This document shows, piece by piece, positions 36,975 to 45,657 of a DNA stretch of 64,000 nucleotides. Position 1 is the first letter of the stretch. Every line of letters starts with the position of its first letter. The notes under the pieces are model-generated. The model had not been told where the DNA came from. It searched no databases and saw only the letters and a program-made list of their open reading frames with translations. The stretch comes from an uncultured Pirellulales bacterium (GTDB taxonomy: Bacteria > Planctomycetota > Phycisphaerae > Sedimentisphaerales > SM23-30): positions 42,840-106,839 of the forward strand of contig CAZOMV010000001.1 in NCBI GenBank assembly GCA_964580995.1, given 5' to 3'. Position numbers and translations under genes: made by a program.

Positions 36975-37910
36975 TCAGAGTTCCTTCTCCCGAATCAAAT
37001 ATTGGGGGCCGCTGTAGAATCCCTGTAAAATCCGGTGCAGGTATTCCATTGTGAGCCAGAGGGAAAGAATAATAAAACCGGAAAACAGCGGCAGCAGAAT
37101 AAACACCCATTTCCAGCCGGTTTCCATGCTGGCCGCCGTTTCGGGCCGCAGCCGGTAATAAACGCCCATTCCCAGACTCAAGCCGATACTGCTTAGCCCC
37201 AGCAGCAGCAGGCATTTCAACGGCAGCTCGCTGTGATAAATAAGCCCGTGCAGAAACTGCCGCAGCAGGATTCGCAGGTTATACGTGGACTGCCCGTTTT
37301 GCCGCTCATGATGATCCACGGTTACCATGCCGGTTTTTTCGGCTACCTGCAGGGCCAGCAAAGCCACAATGGGATGGGGAGTATGAAATTGCAGAATATG
37401 CTCCACAATTTGTTTTTTCATAATCTGGACGTTGCTGATCCGGATGGGGGTGGAACGTGTGGCCGAAGGTAAAACCGCCCGGCTGAAAATCCGGCTGCAC
37501 CAGTTTCTCAGCCGCGAATGTTTTTTCTCGCGGGGAATCCCAAAAACCAGGTCCAGATTCTTGACCGTGATGGCTTCTATGAGCTTGGGGATTTCCTCCG
37601 GCGGATTCTGCAGGTCATCATCGATCGTAATGATATAATCACCCGACGCGAAGGAAAATCCGCACATCAGGGCATTATGCTGGCCATAGTTCCGCACCAG
37701 CCGGATGATCTTCACCCTCGGATCACGCTGCCGCAGCGATTGCATCACTTCCCAACTGCCGTCGCCGCCGGCATCCTCCACGAGGATTAATTCATAATCC
37801 GCTTCTATCCCGGCAAAGGTTTGATCGATACGCTCATACAATTCGACTAGTGTCTTGGCACTTCGATAAACCGGAACCACAATGGAATAGAGAGGTTTAC
37901 AAGTAGTCAT
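36975..37910 (-). CDS. Polyprenyl-phosphate glycosyltransferase (GT2, ArnC/GtrB-like) with two C-terminal TM helices
   Basis: YSIVVPVYRS...LVEDAGGDGS...RNYGQHNALMCG...IDDDLQNPPEEIPKL. Confidence 0.85.
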   Translation of the reverse strand: MTTCKPLYSIVVPVYRSAKTLVELYERIDQTFAGIEADYELILVEDAGGDGSWEVMQSLRQRDPRVKIIRLVRNYGQHNALMCGFSFASGDYIITIDDDLQNPPEEIPKLIEAITVKNLDLVFGIPREKKHSRLRNWCSRIFSRAVLPSATRSTPIRISNVQIMKKQIVEHILQFHTPHPIVALLALQVAEKTGMVTVDHHERQNGQSTYNLRILLRQFLHGLIYHSELPLKCLLLLGLSSIGLSLGMGVYYRLRPETAASMETGWKWVFILLPLFSGFIILSLWLTMEYLHRILQGFYSGPQYLIREKEL

Positions 37911-37915
37911 TGGCG

Positions 37916-38671
37916 CTATGGTTGTCCCCCATGTATTTCTGTAGATGCCTGCCTTTCAATTTTTGTGCTCAGCATATACCGGCGGGCCTCTTTCACTCCC
38001 ACATTTAGTATCAGGTCAATCACGCTAACCTCGTGAATAAAAGGAGGGCAAAAAAGCTGGCGATATTCGGGATACCCGCTGTAATCCATCCAGACAACCC
38101 GGATTCCTCCTGCGGTAAACAGCGGCTCATTGATATACGGCCGGGCTGTTGGGCCGGATAGAAACTCCGCCGCCCCGACCTGCTGGCACAAATCCACCAC
38201 CCGCTCGATTCTCCCTTCCGGCAAACGATAGTCCCGGGACCAGGACAGCGTCGTCCCGATCCCCAGCAAGCCGCAAAGGGCCGTCAAAAAACGATAATTA
38301 ATTTCACTGAGATATTTCTCACGAGTGGTCAGATACAAATCCTCGAAAAAATCCTTATAGTCCGAAAAATACGCGGCCCGGGCATAATTCACCTCGATCG
38401 ACCGCCAGTGTTTTCTCGGCCAGGAGTGATCCGCTGCCTCCACATCCTGTATCTTTTGCTGCAGCGACTTTTGCAAAACGGGGATGGTCAGCCACTGGGT
38501 TCCATCCCGGGTCTTGATCCGGTTCCGGTTTCTCCAGTTATATCGATTGAACTGCACATCGTCGTAAAGCACAAAATGATCGACCAGGGCAATCAGATCA
38601 AAGTACCCTTTCCACGGGATATAATTGGACTGAACTATGGCTATCCGTTTGCCGCTCATTTCCCATCTCAT
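37916..38671 (-). CDS. WbqC-family protein (uncharacterised, LPS/O-antigen cluster associated)
   Basis: IAIVQSNYIPWKGYFDLI is typical of the WbqC-like N-terminus. Confidence 0.7.
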   Translation of the reverse strand: MRWEMSGKRIAIVQSNYIPWKGYFDLIALVDHFVLYDDVQFNRYNWRNRNRIKTRDGTQWLTIPVLQKSLQQKIQDVEAADHSWPRKHWRSIEVNYARAAYFSDYKDFFEDLYLTTREKYLSEINYRFLTALCGLLGIGTTLSWSRDYRLPEGRIERVVDLCQQVGAAEFLSGPTARPYINEPLFTAGGIRVVWMDYSGYPEYRQLFCPPFIHEVSVIDLILNVGVKEARRYMLSTKIERQASTEIHGGQP

Positions 38672-39035
38672 CCTTCCACACCAGGATCTAAAATTACTCT
38701 CTCGGAAAAGCGTGTGCCGCCTGATTTAATATCGACCGTATCACCTGATAAATTCTTAACTTATCATACAATTTTCGGTTTCCTTTTTCAAGAGTCTGCT
38801 TTTCGGTTATTTTTCCCCCTCCTGCTTTCTCTTTACACGAACCTTGACCCACTCATAACCAATACATCCTCTGCGAAGTCCCATAACCAATAGAAATTGC
38901 TTTACCCTAACCATCTCAATAAACAGATATTTGGGATGTCCCCCGGCCAGAACTTCTCCCCGGCCATCCTGCTGACATATCATTTCCCCCAAACAAATCC
39001 TGCAATTTCCAGCCAATCCTTACTGGGAGGCCTTT

Positions 39036-40076
39036 TTACGGCTCAAGCTCCGCCAGCCAATAGTGGACGAAGATGGCGACGTCTTCCAGATCGACTTCGC
39101 CGCTATGATTCAGATCCGCCCCGCCGCACCAGTTGTTCGACTCTTCACAGCCGGTCTCTAACCACTGAACACTGAAATCGGTTAGATCAGAAAGATCCGT
39201 GGAACAGTCCTCGGTGAGAGGATTGGGATTAGGGTCATACCAAATCTTGATGTCCGGATTATTGTTTAAAATGGAAGGTATAATTTCACAATATACATCC
39301 GGCAGGAATGATTCTTCACCCGGGTTTTTCCACAAATACAGGGTCGTCAGTTGGGTCAGTTCCGCGATCTCCACCGGCAGCGTGTGGAATTGATTATACG
39401 ACAAATACAGTTTAGTCAGATTGGCCAGTTTTCCGGTCTCTTCCGGCAGAATGGTTAAGTGATTGGATTCCAGGCTCAGCCATCCCAGGCTGGTCAAATT
39501 CCCGATCTCTTCCGGCACACTGCTTAGCTGGTTGTCCGCCAGATTCAGCCGGGTAAGGCTGGTTAGATTCCCGATCTCTGCCGGCAGACTGGTCAGTTGA
39601 TTGTAAGACAAAATCAGATTGGTGAGGCTGGCCAGATTCCCGATTTCCGCTGGCAGACTGGTCAGTTGATTGCTGGCCAGGTTCAGCGTTGTCAGATGGC
39701 TCAGATTTCCAATCTCTGCCGGCAGACTGGCCAGTTGGTTTCCCCCCAATCCGATCTCCGTCAGTTGATTCAGGTTCCCGATTTCTGCCGGTAAACTGCT
39801 TAGCAGATTAAAATTCAAGCTCAGGGTTTGTAGATTGACCGCATATCCAATCCCGGTAATATCCGTGATCCCCTGATTATTTGCTGCCAGATTGTTCAGG
39901 CCCAGCATATCCGTATCGGTAATGGCTGTGGGTGCGGGAATACCTAACTCCCCGCGAACGGCATTTTCAAAGTTGGGATCGGCAAAGGGAGTTACCTCCA
40001 CCGCCGTTGCCATATTGACAAAATGGAATACGATACACCCCCAGCAAACGGCAATATGAATACGATGAATTTTCAT
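39036..40076 (-). CDS. Secreted leucine-rich-repeat protein with C-terminal dockerin/EF-hand-like module
   Basis: About 9 tandem 23-aa LRRs (LTSLPAEIGNLxxLTxLxLxxNQ) and the C-terminal GGADLNHSGEVDLEDVAIFVHYWL. The N-terminus is hydrophobic. Confidence 0.85.
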   Translation of the reverse strand: MKIHRIHIAVCWGCIVFHFVNMATAVEVTPFADPNFENAVRGELGIPAPTAITDTDMLGLNNLAANNQGITDITGIGYAVNLQTLSLNFNLLSSLPAEIGNLNQLTEIGLGGNQLASLPAEIGNLSHLTTLNLASNQLTSLPAEIGNLASLTNLILSYNQLTSLPAEIGNLTSLTRLNLADNQLSSVPEEIGNLTSLGWLSLESNHLTILPEETGKLANLTKLYLSYNQFHTLPVEIAELTQLTTLYLWKNPGEESFLPDVYCEIIPSILNNNPDIKIWYDPNPNPLTEDCSTDLSDLTDFSVQWLETGCEESNNWCGGADLNHSGEVDLEDVAIFVHYWLAELEP

Positions 40077-40098
40077 GTTACTTTTTTTCTTTCCAAAC

Positions 40099-40137
40099 TA
40101 TGCCTAACCTCGATTTTGCAAAACTTCAGTTAAGATT
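40099..40137. repeat. Copy 3 of conserved motif with TTTTGCAAAA core
   Basis: tatgcctaacctcgaTTTTGCAAAActtcagttaagatt lies 23 nt upstream (gene sense) of the LRR gene ATG. By my alignment it differs from copy 4 at only a few positions (one indel). Confidence 0.75.
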
Positions 40138-40440
40138 GCCCACCAATCATATAAGTATAGCTAATAATACGCTTTTTGTCAAAAATTTCCCGCATGATCC
40201 CCCATTTCAACACTGCTATGGTACCACCCCTATTCGTTCGGATTTCAATAGTTATGGGAATTAGACGCCTCCAGCATGGTTTATAATGTTTTGGCAACGG
40301 CAATGATTCGGTTTTTATCGGACCGGAGTAGAACGACCGATATTTCCTGGTTCTTTCGCATAAAGAAGAATCTGGAAATTTCATAGGCAAAAACGATCTA
40401 TTGCATATAATAAAATCGGCTATGCCGAGGTATTGCAGTT

Positions 40441-41649
40441 ATGAAGTTTATAACCGGTATAATGATCGCGATTTGCCTGACCATCCTGAGTGGTTGCCGG
40501 AACAGGGTCTGTACCGGATTGGATAATGTCAATTCCTGCCGGTCGGTCTTTGAGAATAAACGGGTGGGTATCATCACCAACCATACCGCCTGTAACCGGG
40601 AAGGAAAATTCATTTTCGATATATTTCAAGAAATGAAGCAGGTTCAGGTTACCGCTCTTTTCACCCCCGAGCATGGTATGAAAGGCCTCGTCAAAGAGGG
40701 GGAGGAGATCGGCGATCAACAGGAGCCTCAGTACGGTGTTCCCATTTATAGTCTGTATGGGGAAAACCGCAAGCCGACACCGGAAATGCTGAAAGAGGTG
40801 GATGTCCTGGTCTTTGATATTCAGGATGTGGGGGCCCGTTTTTATACCTACATTTCCACAATGGCCCTGGCGATGGAGGCGGCGGCGGAAAAAGGCATCC
40901 AGTTTGTGGTGCTGGACCGGCCCAATCCGATTGGGGGCAAGCAGGTGCAGGGGAATGTCCTGGACCCGGCCTTTGCCACCTTTGTCGGTTTGTACCCGAT
41001 TGCCACCCGGCATGGCATGACGGCCGGTGAGCTGGCAAAGATGTTTAACGGGCAGGGATGGTTGGCAGGTTCTGTGCGGGCGGAGCTTCTGGTGATACCG
41101 ATGAGCGGCTATAAACGTTCCAACTGGTACGATCAGACAGAACTGGCGTTTATCAAACCTTCCCCGAACATACCGGACCTGCAGACGGCGGCGGTCTATC
41201 CGGGGATGTGTCTGCTGGAAGGGACGAATGTGTCGGAGGGCCGGGGAACGGATACACCGTTTCTGCAATTCGGCGCGCCGTGGATTGATGCGGAGCAATT
41301 GACGGCGGAATTGAATCACCTGCCTCTGGCGGGCTTGAAATTCGAGGCGGCTGCGTTCACACCGGCTTCGTCCAAATTCCAGGATGAAAAATGTTGGGGC
41401 GCACGAATTCTCGTGACCGACCGGGAGGAAATGGACCCCTGCTGGAGCGGGATTCTGATAGTGGCTACTCTGTATCGAATGTATCCTGACCGGTTTGCCT
41501 GGCACGAAAACCATTTTGACCGGCTTTGCGGCACCGACCGGGTCAGGAAAGCGATTATGGAACACCAGCCGCTGGGGGATTTAAAAGCGGACTGGCAAAA
41601 GGAAATCACCGAATTCAAGCAGCTACGGGCAAACTATTTGTTATATTGA
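40441..41649 (+). CDS. namZ: DUF1343 family exo-beta-N-acetylmuramidase (NamZ-like) lipoprotein
   Basis: Lipobox LSGC, then GIITNHTA, LFTPEHG, VFDIQDVGARFYTYISTM. Confidence 0.85.
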   Translation: MKFITGIMIAICLTILSGCRNRVCTGLDNVNSCRSVFENKRVGIITNHTACNREGKFIFDIFQEMKQVQVTALFTPEHGMKGLVKEGEEIGDQQEPQYGVPIYSLYGENRKPTPEMLKEVDVLVFDIQDVGARFYTYISTMALAMEAAAEKGIQFVVLDRPNPIGGKQVQGNVLDPAFATFVGLYPIATRHGMTAGELAKMFNGQGWLAGSVRAELLVIPMSGYKRSNWYDQTELAFIKPSPNIPDLQTAAVYPGMCLLEGTNVSEGRGTDTPFLQFGAPWIDAEQLTAELNHLPLAGLKFEAAAFTPASSKFQDEKCWGARILVTDREEMDPCWSGILIVATLYRMYPDRFAWHENHFDRLCGTDRVRKAIMEHQPLGDLKADWQKEITEFKQLRANYLLY

Positions 41650-41666
41650 TAGAGAGCGGATACCCC

Positions 41667-43409
41667 TCAATCGGTTTTCGGGCTGTGCTCTTCCACCACC
41701 AGTGCCACGGGGGAAGGAACCGGCTGATTTTGTTCGCGGAGTTTTTCCACCCTTTCCATAGCCTCAAAGAGCAGCAGGCAGGACTGCTCGTAGCTTTTGC
41801 CGGTCAGTTCGCGGATCAGCCGAGTGCCGCGGTCAATCAGTTTCTTGTTGCTGGGCCAGACCCAGACCATCGCGTTGCCCTGAATGCGTCCCATCTTTGC
41901 CATGGTGGCGGTGGAAAGGGTATTCAAGGTGAGCTTGACCGCCAGATGATGCCACAGATTCAGAGGCGAGGGGCGAAGACGGCAGGGAAAATGGAAAAAG
42001 TGCTGGCCATTCGGCGTCAGCGGCTCATCGCCGATAAAAACCGTCAGGTAATGCCGGTAGCCGGACAAAGAAGAGAAAACTGCCTTTTCCAGAAGGCGGT
42101 GGTCATCCGTACCCGCGGCAATGGCAATCAAGGCGGAATCGGGCGCCTCGGTGCAGGAGGAATCCGGCTCCCTGCCGATGGGGAACTTGCAGATTGCCGT
42201 CCTGTCAAGGGCCGGCGGATTGGCCCGCAAATTTTGCGGGGCGTTTAACTGATCATACACCCGGCGGTCCCAGCTCAGCCCCCGCGGCGGTCGGGCAAAA
42301 ACCCGCTCCCAGCTTTGCTCCGTCGGATAGAAGGGGTTTTTCACAAACGCCCAGGAACGCGGCGAGGTATGGTCCTCTTTCGTTCTGAACGGCGGCAGGG
42401 TAAACGTCGGGGAACGTTCGGTGGTATCGGTCAGGACGTCCAGCAGACAGGAATCCGCCAGATAGGTAATCAGCCCGCCCTGCTGATAGATGCCGGCCTC
42501 GAAAGCGATCCATTCTGCCAGATTCTGAACCGAGGTATCGCTGCCCAGATCCCGGAGAAGTTCACTAAAATTTTGCACGGTATCCGCCCCGCCCCGTTCT
42601 GGAAATTCTCCCGCCAGACCGCTGCCGTGCAGAAACTTTAACAAGGCAGTCTCCAATGCCGTTCCAACTACCAGCAGTTCAATCGTAACCGCCTGCATCC
42701 GCGTGGAACCCATCACCGCCATCGGCCCCGTGGCCAGTTCCAGCTTGCGAATCCGGCCTTCTTCCATCACTTCACGGGAACGTTGCACCTGCCGCTCCAG
42801 CAGGTCGGTCGGATTATTATAAACAAAAAAGACCTCCGCCCCCCGTTCCAGAGCTTCCCAGGCGGAGCCGATCACAAAAGGAGTCTCCCCGCCCTCGGTA
42901 ATGGCAACCACCACATCCACTGCCTGTACCCCCGCCTGGGCCAACTGGTATCGTCCGAAGGCCGGAAAATCCTCAAAACCTTCCACGGATTTTATTAACG
43001 CGAAATCGCCCCCCGCCATAACACTGATAACCAAATCCTCCCAACCCGGATCGACCGGCGCGGCTGGCCGGAACTGCTGCCAGAATCGCCGCCAGGCCGC
43101 CTCCAGCAGGATACTCAAGCGGCCGGTAGCGCCGCACCCGGTAAAAAAGATGCGGCGGCGGTTTTCAATGGCTTTTCGCAGGGCGGCAACCAGTTCCTGA
43201 TACACTTCACTCTCGAACACCCGCCGGGCAACCGGGATAATGTCCTCGTCCACGGAGAACAGCATCCGCACCGCTGCCGCCAGGTCACCGGCGGCGGCCC
43301 GGCTGAGCTGCCTGGTTTTGGGGTGCGCGGCCTCCGTCGTCAGGCTTCCCAGCCGGAAGGCCTGTTCCGACTCGACAAACTGTTTGGCTCTTTCTTCTGC
43401 GGTCGTCAT
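41667..43409 (-). CDS. Double-SIS-domain protein of the MurQ/GCKR (glucokinase-regulator-like) family
   Basis: 580 aa, roughly twice the MurQ length. LTTEAAHPKTRQLS and FFTGCGATGRLS motifs in the N-terminal half. Confidence 0.65.
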   Translation of the reverse strand: MTTAEERAKQFVESEQAFRLGSLTTEAAHPKTRQLSRAAAGDLAAAVRMLFSVDEDIIPVARRVFESEVYQELVAALRKAIENRRRIFFTGCGATGRLSILLEAAWRRFWQQFRPAAPVDPGWEDLVISVMAGGDFALIKSVEGFEDFPAFGRYQLAQAGVQAVDVVVAITEGGETPFVIGSAWEALERGAEVFFVYNNPTDLLERQVQRSREVMEEGRIRKLELATGPMAVMGSTRMQAVTIELLVVGTALETALLKFLHGSGLAGEFPERGGADTVQNFSELLRDLGSDTSVQNLAEWIAFEAGIYQQGGLITYLADSCLLDVLTDTTERSPTFTLPPFRTKEDHTSPRSWAFVKNPFYPTEQSWERVFARPPRGLSWDRRVYDQLNAPQNLRANPPALDRTAICKFPIGREPDSSCTEAPDSALIAIAAGTDDHRLLEKAVFSSLSGYRHYLTVFIGDEPLTPNGQHFFHFPCRLRPSPLNLWHHLAVKLTLNTLSTATMAKMGRIQGNAMVWVWPSNKKLIDRGTRLIRELTGKSYEQSCLLLFEAMERVEKLREQNQPVPSPVALVVEEHSPKTD

Positions 43410-43454
43410 GTAACAATCTTTCGTTTAACAACTCTTTACCAAGATTTGGAGAAT

Positions 43455-43483
43455 AGTATAGAAACAGGCCGCCGGTTTGTAAA
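43455..43483 (-). promoter_or_regulatory. Candidate sigma70 promoter (TTTACA-17-TATACT) for the GCKR-like gene
   Basis: On the minus strand, TTTACA lies at 43483-43478 and TATACT at 43460-43455. Confidence 0.45.
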
Positions 43484-43500
43484 TTTTTTCTTTCCCGCCA

Positions 43501-43529
43501 TTGCCGGGGAAACTCGCCGGCAGTATAAT
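43501..43529 (+). promoter_or_regulatory. Candidate sigma70 promoter (TTGCCG-17-TATAAT) for the anmK-murQ-SSS operon
   Basis: TTGCCG at 43501-43506 and TATAAT at 43524-43529. Confidence 0.5.
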
Positions 43530-43570
43530 GCCAGCCATCTGAACCATTACGAAAAACCGGTTGTTCATGG

Positions 43571-44758
43571 ATGACGATGAAAGATATGCTTAGCAGGATG
43601 GCGAAAAAAGCACGATTGCGGGTAGCCGGATTAATGTCCGGCACCAGCGCCGACGGTGTGGATGCGGCGATAGTCGATATTAACAACAAAGGAGTTATCC
43701 TGCGGGCGTTTGCTACCTATCCATATTCCCGTTCCCTGCGTCAGAAGATTTTTGCGCTGTTTGATCCGGCGGCCGCCCGGCTGGAGGATCTTTGCTCCCT
43801 GAATTTTATCCTGGGTGAGGTCTTTGCCCGGTCCGTCATCCAATTATGCCATCAAGCCAAAATTCCCCTGGATTCTCTCGACCTGATCGGTTCCCACGGC
43901 CAGACGATTTACCATGATCCCCAAGGAGTCCGTTATCAAAAGCGTTTGCTTCGTTCTACCCTGCAGATTGGCGAACCGTCGGTGATTGCCTATCGGACCG
44001 GGATCACCACCATTGCCGATTTCCGGGTGAAAGACGTGGCGGCCGGCGGCCAGGGCGCCCCGCTGGTTCCCTATGCGGATTATTTCCTTTTCAGGCATAA
44101 GCACCGCATCCGGGCCATTCAGAATATCGGCGGTATCGCCAATGTCACCTATCTGCCGGCCGGAGGAAAAATCCAGGATATTATTGCCTTCGATACCGGC
44201 CCGGGAAATATGGTTATCGACCGCATCATGGAACGGCTCAGCGGTGGGAAAAAGAAATTTGACCAGTCCGGCCGGCTGGCGGCCGCAGGCGTGGTAGATA
44301 AAGCCCTGCTAAAAAGATTACTGAAACACCCTTATTTCCATCGTATTCCCCCGAAAACCACCGGCCGGGAGGTATTCGGTGCAAGTTTCAGCGACTGCCT
44401 CTATCAGCAGGTCTTGAAAAATCAAATCACCCCTGCCGATTTGGTCGCAACCGTGACCGCCTTAACGGCCCACACGATAGCAGAGGCTTACCAAAAATTC
44501 CTCCCCGCACTGCCCGATGAAATGATTCTCTGCGGCGGCGGCGCTCACAATCGGACCCTGGCGGGGATGCTGCACGATTGCCTGCCGATGGTAAAGATGG
44601 TCCCGATGGAGGAGTATGGCATCGGCGTGGACGCCAAAGAGGCGGTGTCCTTTGCGATTCTTGCCTGGGCGGCTATCCGGAGCCTGCCGAATAATGTCCC
44701 TTCCGCCACCGGTGCGGAACAGCCGGTCATTCTGGGAAAGATAGTGCCTGCCCTATGA
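43571..44758 (+). CDS. anmK: Anhydro-N-acetylmuramic acid kinase
   Basis: GLMSGTSADGVDAAIV, GSHGQTI, DTGPGN. Confidence 0.9.
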   Translation: MTMKDMLSRMAKKARLRVAGLMSGTSADGVDAAIVDINNKGVILRAFATYPYSRSLRQKIFALFDPAAARLEDLCSLNFILGEVFARSVIQLCHQAKIPLDSLDLIGSHGQTIYHDPQGVRYQKRLLRSTLQIGEPSVIAYRTGITTIADFRVKDVAAGGQGAPLVPYADYFLFRHKHRIRAIQNIGGIANVTYLPAGGKIQDIIAFDTGPGNMVIDRIMERLSGGKKKFDQSGRLAAAGVVDKALLKRLLKHPYFHRIPPKTTGREVFGASFSDCLYQQVLKNQITPADLVATVTALTAHTIAEAYQKFLPALPDEMILCGGGAHNRTLAGMLHDCLPMVKMVPMEEYGIGVDAKEAVSFAILAWAAIRSLPNNVPSATGAEQPVILGKIVPAL

Positions 44759-45657
44759 AGCCAAAAGTATTACCCACCACGGAAAAACGCAACCACAAAA
44801 GCCGGAACATCGACCGGCTGGCCACGGAAAAAATCGTGCGGCTGATTAATGCCGAGGACCAGCGGGTCGCCCCTGCCGTCCGCCGGGAAAGCCGCCGGAT
44901 CGCCGCGGCGATAGACATCATCGTCGATCGGATGCGGAAAAAGGGACGTCTTTTTTATGTCGGGGCGGGGACCAGCGGCCGGCTGGGCGTATTGGACGCC
45001 TCGGAATGTCCGCCGACCTTTGGGACCCATCCGGCCCTGGTGCAGGGCATCATCGCCGGCGGCCGAAAAGCTCTGGTCCGGGCGGTGGAGGGCGCGGAAG
45101 ATTCTCAGGAAAACGGCGGCAAAGCCATCGACCGGAAAAAGGTAAAGCCCGCCGATGTGGTGGTGGGGATAGCCGCTTGCGGTTTGACCCCCTTTGTACT
45201 AGGCGCCTTGCAGCGGGCCGCGGAGCGGAAAGCCGCCACGATATTCATTACCTGCGCGCCGGAGAATGTCAAGAAAGTATCCGCCGACCTCATCATCAAT
45301 CCGGTGGTCGGGCCGGAAGTGATTACCGGCTCCACCCGGATGAAGGCGGGCACCGCCACCAAGCTGGTGCTGAACACCCTTACTACCGGGACCATGATTA
45401 AGCTGGGCAAGGTCTATGGGAATCTCATGGTGGATTTGCGGGCCACCAACCAGAAACTGCGGGACCGTTCCGTCCGCATCGTCCGGGAACTGACCGGTCT
45501 GAGGCGGCCGGCGGCGGAGAAACTGCTGGCCCGCGCCGGGGGAAAAGTAAAGGCTGCCATCGTCATGTATTTTCGGGATGTGGATCTGGATGAAGCACTG
45601 GCCATACTGGAGCAGGGGAATCAATCTCTCCGTTATGCCATAGGGGAAACGCCATGA
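44755..45657 (+). CDS. murQ: N-acetylmuramic acid 6-phosphate etherase
   Basis: TEKRNHKSRNID, FYVGAGTSGRLGVLDASECPPTFG, GSTRMKAGTATK. 4-nt overlaps on both sides. Confidence 0.92.
   Translation: MKPKVLPTTEKRNHKSRNIDRLATEKIVRLINAEDQRVAPAVRRESRRIAAAIDIIVDRMRKKGRLFYVGAGTSGRLGVLDASECPPTFGTHPALVQGIIAGGRKALVRAVEGAEDSQENGGKAIDRKKVKPADVVVGIAACGLTPFVLGALQRAAERKAATIFITCAPENVKKVSADLIINPVVGPEVITGSTRMKAGTATKLVLNTLTTGTMIKLGKVYGNLMVDLRATNQKLRDRSVRIVRELTGLRRPAAEKLLARAGGKVKAAIVMYFRDVDLDEALAILEQGNQSLRYAIGETP

Noticed and set aside
39400-39800. Regularly spaced DNA repeats that could suggest a CRISPR array
   Set aside because: The 69-nt periodicity lies wholly inside an ORF and translates to canonical 23-aa leucine-rich repeats. 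There are no unique spacers and no cas genes other than the unrelated Cas4-like nuclease 26 kb away.
40099-40137. TTTTGCAAAA motif as a sigma54 (-24/-12) promoter because of the TTGCA element
   Set aside because: In neither orientation is there a GG dinucleotide at the required spacing, about 12 nt upstream of the GC of TTGC. Checked by counting on copies 3 and 4.
40420-41565. 381-aa ORF antisense to the DUF1343/NamZ-like gene
   Set aside because: The plus-strand frame carries the DUF1343 hallmarks. The minus-strand product is an R/P/H-rich shadow ORF.
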